DNA of 43,070 nucleotides from a virus, in the IMG/VR virus record IMGVR_UViG_3300045988_050530, positions 1-43,070 of that record. One strand, 5' to 3'. Under the pieces are notes generated by a model. The model worked only from the letters and a program-made list of their open reading frames with translations, did not search any database and was not told the origin of the DNA. Each line of letters opens with the position of its first letter. Positions within the stretch are counted from its first letter, which is position 1. The translations under genes and the position numbers were made by a program. This document shows positions 15,916-22,961 of the stretch, piece by piece.

Positions 15916-16716
15916 ATGTCTTTGACTACTTCAGAAATGACCCCCGCCGATATCGCGGCGTTAACGGGCGGAAATCGCAATAACGGCGGCATGTTTGGAG
16001 ACGGGAATGGTGCATGGTGGATCATCGTTCTGTTCCTCTTCATGTTCTGCGGCTGGGGCGGCGGCTTCGGCAATAACGGCGCAAATTCTCCGGGCTTCCA
16101 AGGCTACGCGACCCGCGCAGACATCAATGAAGGCTTTGCCATCAACGGTATTGACAACGGCATCCGTGCCATCCAGAACGGGCTTTGTGACACCACCTAC
16201 GCCATCACCAACGCCGTCAATAGCGGTTTCAGCGCGGCGGAGCTTTCTCGCGCCAACCAGCAGGCGGCGCTCATGCAGCAGCTCTTTGCGATGCAGATGC
16301 AGCAGGCGAACTGCTGCTGCGAGACGCGCGAAGCGATTCAGGGTGTGAATTACAACCTCGCTACTCAGGCTTGCGACACGCGCAACCAGATGCAGCAGGG
16401 TTTCTGTGCCATCCAGAACACGCTTAACAATAACACCCGCGACGTGATCGACAATCAAAACGCCAACAGCCGCGCGATTCTCGACTTCCTGACGCAGGAC
16501 AAGATCGCCACGTTGCAGGCAGAAAACACCGATCTTCGCCGCGCCGCGTCGCAGGAGCGTCAGTCGGCGCTTCTGACCACGGAGATGGGGGCGCAGACTG
16601 CGCAGATCATCAACGCGCTGCGTCAGCCTGTCGCCATCCCTGCGTATCAGGTGCCGAACCCCTACACGGGCGGTTACGGTTATGGCTGTGCTGCTAACGC
16701 CGGTTGTGGCTGCTAA
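15916..16716 (+). CDS. Hypothetical membrane protein: Gly-rich N-terminus, one TM segment, Gln/Asn-rich helical body with Cys clusters
   Basis: WWIIVLFLFMFCGWGGGFG hydrophobic segment. A CCC triplet (QQANCCCETREA) and the C-terminal GYGYGCAANAGCGC. Confidence 0.65.
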   Translation: MSLTTSEMTPADIAALTGGNRNNGGMFGDGNGAWWIIVLFLFMFCGWGGGFGNNGANSPGFQGYATRADINEGFAINGIDNGIRAIQNGLCDTTYAITNAVNSGFSAAELSRANQQAALMQQLFAMQMQQANCCCETREAIQGVNYNLATQACDTRNQMQQGFCAIQNTLNNNTRDVIDNQNANSRAILDFLTQDKIATLQAENTDLRRAASQERQSALLTTEMGAQTAQIINALRQPVAIPAYQVPNPYTGGYGYGCAANAGCGC

Positions 16717-16830
16717 AATCGCATAAGAGATGCAACTGTTCGGCGTGACCGAGCTGTTCAGCCCTGAGCTGATTCTGCAACGACGGCGGGGCGAATGTGT
16801 CCCGCCGTTTCTTATGAAAGGAGATAATCT

Positions 16831-17253
16831 ATGGCTGAGTATACCAACGCCAGCACGGCGCTTGTCGCGGCTGGCCAAAATCTGGCATTGACCGAAACGC
16901 CGATTGGCGGCTCTCCGTGCATCGTCCATCGAGAGGGCGCGGGAATCGTAACGCTTCGCGGCCTGACGAACCAGTGCCGAGCGCGGTACTTTGTGGACTT
17001 CGTCGGGAACATTGCCATTCCGACGGGCGGAACGGTTGAAGCGATCTCCGTTGCGCTGACGATAAACGGCGAGACGCTGAATAGCGCCGTCGCTATCGTC
17101 ACCCCTGCGGCGGTCGAGAACTATTTTAATGTTTCCGTCTCTGCGTTTGTCGATGTGCCGCGTGGATGCTGCGTAACCGTCGCGCTGAAAAACACCAGTG
17201 CGCAAGCGATTGACGTTGCCAACGCAAACCTGATCGTCACGCGGCAGGCGTGA
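16831..17253 (+). CDS. Small all-beta protein with C1q/TNF-like (BclA C-terminal-domain-like) sequence pattern
   Basis: GAAAGGAG RBS. Alternating beta pattern ...GIVTLRGLTNQCRARYFVDFVGNIAIP...ISVALTINGETLNSA...VTVALKNTSAQAIDVANANLIVTRQA, as in exosporium BclA-type jelly-roll domains. Recognition by eye only. Confidence 0.6.
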   Translation: MAEYTNASTALVAAGQNLALTETPIGGSPCIVHREGAGIVTLRGLTNQCRARYFVDFVGNIAIPTGGTVEAISVALTINGETLNSAVAIVTPAAVENYFNVSVSAFVDVPRGCCVTVALKNTSAQAIDVANANLIVTRQA

Positions 17254-17267
17254 GAAAGGAGAAAAGT

Positions 17268-17636
17268 ATGAGCATGAAAGCAATGCGCGACTTGCGCGAT
17301 ATGCTTTGCGATGAGCTGGACAAAATCGCCGCCAAGCGTGACATGAACCCAGGCGACCTCGAAACTGTCCACAAACTGACCGACACCATCAAAAATATTG
17401 ATAAAATCGAAATCCTTGAGGACGAAGGGTACAGCAACAGCGCGGAGTGGCGCGCTGACGTGCGCGGAAGCTATGGACGCAACGACCGGCGCGGCGAGCA
17501 TTACGTGCGCGGGCATTACAGCAGCGACGACGGGCGAGAAAGCATGATGCGCAAGATGGAAGAGATCATGCGCGACGCGACCGGCGAACAGCGCGAAATC
17601 ATCCGCCGCGCGATGGACGAGCTGCGCAACGCCTGA
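17268..17636 (+). CDS. Hypothetical charged protein
   Basis: ATG 17268 lies 7 nt after GAAAGGAG. 122 aa, Arg/Asp/Glu-rich. Confidence 0.65.
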   Translation: MSMKAMRDLRDMLCDELDKIAAKRDMNPGDLETVHKLTDTIKNIDKIEILEDEGYSNSAEWRADVRGSYGRNDRRGEHYVRGHYSSDDGRESMMRKMEEIMRDATGEQREIIRRAMDELRNA

Positions 17637-17652
17637 CGGGCGGTGAGCGGCA

Positions 17653-17973
17653 TTGATCGACCTGAAAGAGATCGACGAAACCATCACCAAGATCAAGCGC
17701 GAAGGGACGAGCGTGAAAGACGCTGAACGCCTGGCGGTGCTATACGGTCTTCGGGCGCACATGGCAAGCGAATCCGTGCAGGATGTGAGGGAAGCGCCCG
17801 TTTCGGCGTACTTGATGGCAGCAGAGCCGGAAAGCGAGTTCCGCGCTGCGTGTGCAGGCTTGTCATCTGCTGAGCTTGTCGATGCGTTGGAAGACACGAT
17901 TCAGGGATTGCAGATCGTTGCGCCGAAGGCATACGCGGCAGCAATCCGGAAACTGAAAGCATCTCGAAACTAG
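17653..17973 (+). CDS. Hypothetical protein (last gene before attP)
   Basis: TTG start. 106 aa, and the only long ORF here. Confidence 0.5.
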   Translation: MIDLKEIDETITKIKREGTSVKDAERLAVLYGLRAHMASESVQDVREAPVSAYLMAAEPESEFRAACAGLSSAELVDALEDTIQGLQIVAPKAYAAAIRKLKASRN

Positions 17974-17980
17974 CTGTTTT

Positions 17981-18010
17981 TGACACGATTTCACACGAAA
18001 TTTCACACGA
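17981..18010 (+). repeat. Candidate integrase arm-type sites, left arm: TGACACGA / ATTTCACACGA / ATTTCACACGA at 12-bp spacing
   Basis: Direct reading. The same 11-mer pair recurs at 18197-18219, on the other side of the tRNA-derived core. Confidence 0.6.
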
Positions 18011-18044
18011 AGAACAAAAAAGCTAGTAAATACAACAGGAATAA

Positions 18045-18072
18045 ATGGGTTCAAGTCCCATCTACCGCACCA
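18045..18072 (+). other. attP core: 3' fragment of a tRNA gene (T-arm ATGGG-TTCAAGT-CCCAT, acceptor 3' strand CTACCGC, discriminator A, CCA)
   Basis: Canonical T-arm/acceptor/CCA read directly. No complementary 5' acceptor strand (GCGGTAG), D-arm or anticodon arm upstream. Integrase gene 140 nt away. Confidence 0.75.
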
Positions 18073-18077
18073 AACAG

Positions 18078-18117
18078 GAAATCCAGAGGCCACAAAGGTT
18101 TCTGGATTTTTTCTTTT
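18078..18117 (+). terminator. Rho-independent terminator directly after the tRNA fragment
   Basis: GAAATCCAGA ... TCTGGATTT stem followed by a T-run (TTTTTTCTTTT). Confidence 0.75.
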
Positions 18118-18196
18118 GCCTTCTATTTTATTCAGTGTAAATTATTACTCATTTCGTGTATCGTCATTCCTTTCCTGTGTGAACTTTTGCAAAATC

Positions 18197-18219
18197 ATTT
18201 CACACGGAATTTCACACGG
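18197..18219 (+). repeat. Candidate integrase arm-type sites, right arm: ATTTCACACGG A ATTTCACACGG
   Basis: Direct reading. Overlaps the 3' end of int. An inverted partial copy (CTGTGTGAAC) lies at about 18172-18181. Confidence 0.6.
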
Positions 18220-19327
18220 GCTTTTTGATGGATTCGTAGAGCGCCGCCGTTCCTGCGGCCAGCTCGGCGTTTACGGATTCCTGCCGTTCGTGGAAAAGCT
18301 CGACGTACACCTGATGGGAGAAAGCGGACGTTGAATGACCCATGACGCGGGCAAGCTCTTCTTCGGACGCGCCGGAGTAGGCGACGGACGTTGCAAAAAA
18401 ATGACGCAGATCGTAAAAGCGCATCTTTCCGGGAAGCCCAAGCGCCGCCCTGCATTTTTTCCAGCGGTAGTCAACGAGGTTAGGCTTTAGCGTCAGTATT
18501 TGGGCGTGGTCAGCGCCTCGTGGCTTGCAGTCGTACAAGTTTTGGAAAAAAGACCAGTCGAGACGAAGCGCGCGTTCTCCTGCATCTGTCTTTGTGACGT
18601 TTTTTCTGACGTATGAGCGGGATTCATCGCGCACTGTGGCCTTGTCGATGCTTAAAAGCCCCATTTTGTACGCTTTCCCGTCTCTGCTGATTGCGGAAAC
18701 AGGTTCAGCGGACAGATCGCCCCACGTCAAAGCATACGCCTCAGAAGGGCGCAAGCCCGCGCTCACAATGAAGCAACAATAAAGATAGAAATCCGTTTCC
18801 CAATGCTCTTTGGCGTAGGTCAGCACGTCTCGCGCCCAGCCTTCGGAGAAAAGCTGCTTCTTCGACTTCTTCCTTTTGGCTATGACAATCCCGGACAAAT
18901 TCAAATCAGGCGCATATTTGCCCAAAACAGAGCGCAGAAAGTAAAACTCATTCCGAACCGTTTTCACAGCATGATCTTTAGCCCTTGCGTCAATTGCTTT
19001 TTGGATATCCCGCTCTGTGATTTGATCCAGGCGTAAAGAGACAAGCATCGGAAAGCTGTTTTCCCGTATCGAGACATACGCCGGAATCGTGGACGGCGAA
19101 TAGCCCTGTACACGGCAAGTATCTATAAACTCGTCCATTGCCTGACCGAGCGTCAGCGTTTGCTTCTTCTTCCGCTTGCGATCGGCAGCAGCGACGGCGG
19201 CAAGGCGCTCAGATTCACGGGCGGTCGATGCGGTAAAGGATTCAACGATTGGCTTTCCCGTTGCATCCTTACCGAGGTAAACCTGTGTTCGCCAGTTGCC
19301 GGACGGCAGCTTTTTTGCTTTTGCCAT
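18212..19327 (-). CDS. int: Tyrosine integrase
   Basis: Tyrosine-recombinase motifs: GLRPSEAYAL (Arg), YDLRHFFAT (box II), MGHSTSAFSHQVYVELF (His ... catalytic Tyr). Adjacent to attP. Confidence 0.95.
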   Translation of the reverse strand: MAKAKKLPSGNWRTQVYLGKDATGKPIVESFTASTARESERLAAVAAADRKRKKKQTLTLGQAMDEFIDTCRVQGYSPSTIPAYVSIRENSFPMLVSLRLDQITERDIQKAIDARAKDHAVKTVRNEFYFLRSVLGKYAPDLNLSGIVIAKRKKSKKQLFSEGWARDVLTYAKEHWETDFYLYCCFIVSAGLRPSEAYALTWGDLSAEPVSAISRDGKAYKMGLLSIDKATVRDESRSYVRKNVTKTDAGERALRLDWSFFQNLYDCKPRGADHAQILTLKPNLVDYRWKKCRAALGLPGKMRFYDLRHFFATSVAYSGASEEELARVMGHSTSAFSHQVYVELFHERQESVNAELAAGTAALYESIKKPV

Positions 19328-19409
19328 AAAAAATCCCCCTTTTGATAATTATTTGATAGTATATTCTTCAAAAATCGGCATATGATAAAAAAAGAAAGGC
19401 GGTGAACAC

Positions 19410-19697
19410 ATGAAAGATGTGAATCGAATGTTTGCGTTGCGTCTCCCGGAGGTCATGCTTGAGGAAAACGAAATGCACGCGGATGAAAACACAATCGTGC
19501 TTGCAATCGTAGAGAATCTGCGAGCTTGCTTGAAGGGACTCCCGGAAGAACTTACCCACGAGCAAAAGAAGATGGCTTTTAACAGAGCGATCGAATGCTT
19601 TAAGGCAGAGAACTGTTTCGGCAATTCGTTGTCTCTTGAGGATTACGGCATCGCATTCACGCACCCACCGGTACCATATTGCCCCACGAAAGGCTAA
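19410..19697 (+). CDS. Hypothetical protein
   Basis: 95-aa ORF divergent from int and followed by a hairpin. No recognisable motif. Confidence 0.5.
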   Translation: MKDVNRMFALRLPEVMLEENEMHADENTIVLAIVENLRACLKGLPEELTHEQKKMAFNRAIECFKAENCFGNSLSLEDYGIAFTHPPVPYCPTKG

Positions 19698-19701
19698 AAC
19701 G

Positions 19702-19734
19702 AAAAGACGCGCCCATCAGGACGCGCCTTTTTTT
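19702..19734. terminator. Probable bidirectional terminator between convergent genes
   Basis: A-tract, imperfect GC stem (GACGCGCCC / GGACGCGCC around the tetraloop ATCA) and T7 tract. Two mismatches in the stem. Confidence 0.5.
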
Positions 19735-19800
19735 GTCGCTCAGCGCGACCTGATGTTTTGTCGGCATCGGCAAAACATCGCTTGTTTTCATTTCAAGCGA

Positions 19801-20565
19801 TTACTTGCGGATTTTTTCATAATATTCGAGCGACAGGCCGTCGCGGATGATCGGGTTGATACCGAAAGAGACGGCGATCCCCGGTAGCATATCGGAAGAA
19901 AAATTTTCCCAATTCACCTTTGCGGCCTCGCTGGCCTTGACGCGAATATCGACAGCGTGACCGTCGCTCTCGTTTCCGTACTTATCTATATATGTCGTCC
20001 ATCCGATGACAAGCAGAGAACCGTATTTGATCTTTCCTTCCTTCGCCGCTTCCGACATATATCGGTTCATTTTTGCCGCTCTGGAAAGAAACGCGCTTAC
20101 GCGGGAATCATTCTTCGTTCCGTCTGGAAATTCGACGTTCACTGTAACCATCGGCGCGGTTTCTCCGTCAACCTGTTCGCACGTCACGGATATCAGCGTT
20201 GAAATGCCGCTGTCAACGGGGAAGAACACACGCTCCGCGACGGATTCTGCCCATCCTTGCAAGGTATCAGGCTCAGGCGTTGCTGTCGGTTTCGGCGTAT
20301 TTGTTGGCTTTGGTGTGTTTGTCGGCTTCGGCGTTTTTGTCGGCTTTGGCGTTTTCGTCGGCTTCGGCGTTTTTGTTGGCGCTGGGGTTTTCTCTTCGCC
20401 GGTCGTCTGTTCAACTTGCGCATTCGATTCATCCTGCGCTGCTGTGTCTTCACTACTGCGCTTGTTTACTGTACCGATGAACGCCAAAATGACGATTGCA
20501 ACGCAAAAATAGGAAAATGCTTTGAAAATGCGGGACAAGCACCCCGGTTTTCCGTCTCTAGCCAA
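19801..20565 (-). CDS. Membrane-anchored surface protein with (K/N)TPKPT repeat linker; superinfection-exclusion candidate
   Basis: N-terminal TM FSYFCVAIVILAFIG, a PT-rich tandem linker and a ~150-aa C-terminal domain. Lies between int and the repressor, on the lysogeny strand. Confidence 0.7.
   Translation of the reverse strand: MARDGKPGCLSRIFKAFSYFCVAIVILAFIGTVNKRSSEDTAAQDESNAQVEQTTGEEKTPAPTKTPKPTKTPKPTKTPKPTNTPKPTNTPKPTATPEPDTLQGWAESVAERVFFPVDSGISTLISVTCEQVDGETAPMVTVNVEFPDGTKNDSRVSAFLSRAAKMNRYMSEAAKEGKIKYGSLLVIGWTTYIDKYGNESDGHAVDIRVKASEAAKVNWENFSSDMLPGIAVSFGINPIIRDGLSLEYYEKIRK
20285..20392 (-). repeat. 18-bp tandem repeat x6 encoding TPKPTK/TPKPTN linker
   Basis: Units GTCGGCTTCGGCGTTTTT / GTCGGCTTTGGCGTTTTC and variants, read on the + strand. 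Confidence 0.9.
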
Positions 20566-20600
20566 TTCTTAGCCCCTTCTTTCGTTCTGCCTATATTCGC

Positions 20601-21410
20601 TTATTTGATTACAAGATAGCTTGCCGACGCATAGCACAGCTCGCCGTCATAGAGAATCTGATGCCACTTCTCCGTATAATACGGCTGAGTGACGATAACT
20701 TCTTCTCCCGCTTTGATGCTTCCGACTTTGTCGGCATCGGCGGAAGCATCCGCGCGGACATTCACGTTCTTTCCCGCGATGACGATTTTCGCGTTCTCCC
20801 CTGCCTTTTCTATCAGGGCTTGGCGTTCCTCTTCAGACATGAGCGCAGACTTTTTGACTATGATGTTGATCTTGTATTGCTTGCTCATGTTTATTGTGTA
20901 GATGATTGCGCCCTTGCCCTCTTTTTTGGGCATGATTCGGTAAGCATCAGCAAGCCCGTATTTTCTTCCCTCAATTTCTTCACTGGTGAAGCAGTCGTCA
21001 CCGCTTCTTCCGACAGTGATAAAACCGCTTCCTGTTTCAACGATCAGCTCTTCACCTTCCGACGAATCAACAACGATGTTCTTTGAGCTAAAATATGGCA
21101 CAGGCGCGGACAATGATATTTTGATCGTTTCCCCTTTGCCGTCCTTCGGAACGCCTGTCAACGTACCTTTCTCCATAAACAGGGAGAACACGCCGTCCTC
21201 CGTGACGTGCAGGGCTTCCGCACTTGAACTCCAATCGTAACTTTGAGGATTAGGAACATCGACAGCATATAGAGCGGTGGCGGCGACTTCTGCCTTTTTG
21301 CAGTCAGCCGGAAACGGGATGCAATCTTTCGGGTCGATCTCGTTCTCGGCCGTGACGTGCACGGGAAGAAGAGCAAACGCCAGAAGAAGCAGAGCAACGA
21401 TTCTTTTCAT
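20601..21410 (-). CDS. Secreted protein with signal peptide and C-terminal SH3b domain
   Basis: MKRIVALLLLAFALLPVHVTA signal-like N-terminus from ATG 21410. C-terminal SH3_3-like KNVNVRADASADADKVGSIKAGEEVIVTQPYYTEKWHQILYDGELCYASASYLV. Confidence 0.7.
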   Translation of the reverse strand: MKRIVALLLLAFALLPVHVTAENEIDPKDCIPFPADCKKAEVAATALYAVDVPNPQSYDWSSSAEALHVTEDGVFSLFMEKGTLTGVPKDGKGETIKISLSAPVPYFSSKNIVVDSSEGEELIVETGSGFITVGRSGDDCFTSEEIEGRKYGLADAYRIMPKKEGKGAIIYTINMSKQYKINIIVKKSALMSEEERQALIEKAGENAKIVIAGKNVNVRADASADADKVGSIKAGEEVIVTQPYYTEKWHQILYDGELCYASASYLVIK

Positions 21411-21662
21411 TTTCTTAACCCTCTTTTCATATTCTTTTCGCCTTCCCACAGGAATATAATGTAAGCAACGGAGGGGACGCCGATGATAATTATTATTGTT
21501 TTATCTCAGCCACGCAGGCCGCTTGAAATGCCGCCGCCGGAGAGAGTAAGTAATAAACCGAGTTGATGCGAGACATCAGCACGGACTCCTTCGACTATTA
21601 TAATGAGGTGATTTTTGTGAAGAATGAAAACGAAGTGCTGACGAGCGATTTTATGAAAGTAG

Positions 21663-22025
21663 TTAATAAACTGAATCCTCACCAGAAGGAGCTTCTTCTT
21701 GAGCTGTTAAAAGACCTTTTGCAAAGTCAAGAGCGCGTTGACGATTCCAATTATTCAGGAGATTAAAAACCTCTTGATATTCTTTATTACTCCCATCGCT
21801 AGTAGCGGTGGGAGTTTTTTCTTCACTTTCGTCCTCGTCCGCCACGCCTAGCAGATATTCGACGGAAACGCCGAAAAGTTTCGCTAGATTAACGTAATTA
21901 TCCATCGAGGGTTTTGTCTTCCCGCTTTCCCAGTTGCTGACAGAAGGTGCAGCCACGCCGAGAGCAACGGCAACGTATTTTTGACTAAGGTTTGACTTTT
22001 CTCTACATTGTTTGATTCTGTTCAT
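21663..22025 (-). CDS. CI-like repressor (XRE HTH)
   Basis: MNRIKQCREKSNLSQKYVAVALGVAAPSVSNWESGKTKPSMDNYVNLAKLFGVSVEYLLG is a canonical HTH. Divergent from the cro-like gene. AAAGGAGGG RBS. Confidence 0.85.
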   Translation of the reverse strand: MNRIKQCREKSNLSQKYVAVALGVAAPSVSNWESGKTKPSMDNYVNLAKLFGVSVEYLLGVADEDESEEKTPTATSDGSNKEYQEVFNLLNNWNRQRALDFAKGLLTAQEEAPSGEDSVY

Positions 22026-22042
22026 TTTTCAGCCCTCCTTTA

Positions 22043-22142
22043 TACCATTATATAGCTAAAAACTATCTTGGTAAAGAATAAAAAAAATAGTTAAAAACTA
22101 TTTACAATAGCCTTGAGCTATGATATAATAGCCATGAACTAA
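22043..22142. promoter_or_regulatory. Genetic switch: divergent promoters with four ATAG-N7-CTAT operators
   Basis: Operators at 22052-66 ATAGCTAAAAACTAT, 22087-101 ATAGTTAAAAACTAT, 22107-21 ATAGCCTTGAGCTAT and 22128-42 ATAGCCATGAACTAA. Rightward promoter: TTTACA (22101-06), 17 nt, TGATATAAT (-10 at 22124-29). Leftward promoter on the minus strand: TTTACC (22075-70), 17 nt, TATAAT (22048-43). Confidence 0.7.
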
Positions 22143-22174
22143 GAAAATAACCGATAGCTAAGGCAGGTGATAAA

Positions 22175-22372
22175 GTGATTAGACAGTGGCTAAAGGATAT
22201 CCGCACCGAGAAAGGGCTGAGACAAAAAGACATTGCCGAAATGGCCGGCATTTCTCAGCCGTCCTACTGGCAAATCGAGTGCGGGCTGTGCGACCCTACG
22301 GTTGACACAGCGAAAAAGATTGCTCACGCATTGAATGTTGACTGGACACAATTCTTTGATAAGGAGGTTTAA
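22175..22372 (+). CDS. Cro-like XRE HTH regulator
   Basis: GTG start. LRQKDIAEMAGISQPSYWQIECGLCDPTVDTAKKIAHALNV HTH. 65 aa, divergent from the repressor. Confidence 0.8.
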   Translation: MIRQWLKDIRTEKGLRQKDIAEMAGISQPSYWQIECGLCDPTVDTAKKIAHALNVDWTQFFDKEV

Positions 22373-22374
22373 CC

Positions 22375-22644
22375 ATGAAAAAGCGCCAGCGGAATTGGGA
22401 CGCGGAAGACGATCTCTTCCGGCGGCAGGTTGGTCAGCTCTGCGGCGTGTCCGGTATGAGCAAGGCCGAGCTGGCGCTGAACCTCGGCGTCTCGACAAAG
22501 ACGCTGTACAACCGGATCAACCACCCGGAAACGCTGACCAAGCTGGAAGAGCGCAGGTTGTACGAGTTGATGCAGGCCGAAGGGCTTGAGTATCAAGCCG
22601 GGTTTGACGGCGTGGAACTGCCGCGCCTGAGAATCGCAAGGTAA
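22375..22644 (+). CDS. HTH DNA-binding protein (early regulator; role unknown)
   Basis: Starts 2 nt after the cro-like stop. HTH-like MSKAELALNLGVSTKTLYNRINHPE. Confidence 0.65.
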   Translation: MKKRQRNWDAEDDLFRRQVGQLCGVSGMSKAELALNLGVSTKTLYNRINHPETLTKLEERRLYELMQAEGLEYQAGFDGVELPRLRIAR

Positions 22645-22649
22645 GCACA

Positions 22650-22935
22650 GGCATGGTCATGCTATTCCTCGCGACGGTGAAGCGTTGCGCAGCGAAGCAA
22701 AGGCAATGCGGAGTTCTGCGACGTCGAGCAAAGCTGCGGCAAAGCACAGTCGAGCTAAGCCGCGGCAATGCAATGAAAACCAGCGCAAAGGTGAAGCATG
22801 GCGGGGCTGGGTAGTGTTTGGCTGTGGCAATGCGCTCCAATGCTCAGTTAAGCTATGGCGTAGCATGGCAGTCCAATGCAACGGTGTAGCAATGTTTCGT
22901 TACGCCCTGCGCGGGCAAAGCAATCGAAAACTGAA
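22650..22935 (+). repeat. ORF-free array of degenerate GC(A/T)3GC-type motifs (GCAAAGC, GCAATGC, GCTAAGC, GCATGGC...)
   Basis: GGCAATGC at 22702, 22764 and 22826, with AGCAATGT at 22888 (exact 62-bp spacing). 26-bp tandem pair at 22723-48 / 22749-74 (21/26 identical). At least 15 related motifs at ~11-12-bp spacing. Confidence 0.75.
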
Positions 22936-22961
22936 TAAAAAAATGAAAAGGAGAGTATCAA

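Noticed and set aside
15961-17283. 440-aa minus-strand ORF opposite 15916..17253
   Set aside because: It is Arg-rich shadow translation. The + strand genes each have AGGAG-type RBSs and tight coupling.
18045-18072. An intact tRNA gene next to the integrase
   Set aside because: Only the T-arm, the acceptor 3' strand and CCA are present. The required 5' acceptor strand GCGGTAG and the D and anticodon arms are absent upstream. It is interpreted as the attP core.
21563-21766. 67-aa + strand ORF (TTG start) overlapping the 3' end of the repressor gene
   Set aside because: Half of it is antisense to the well-supported CI-like gene. It has no RBS. It is kept only as a remote possibility for a small antisense-encoded peptide.
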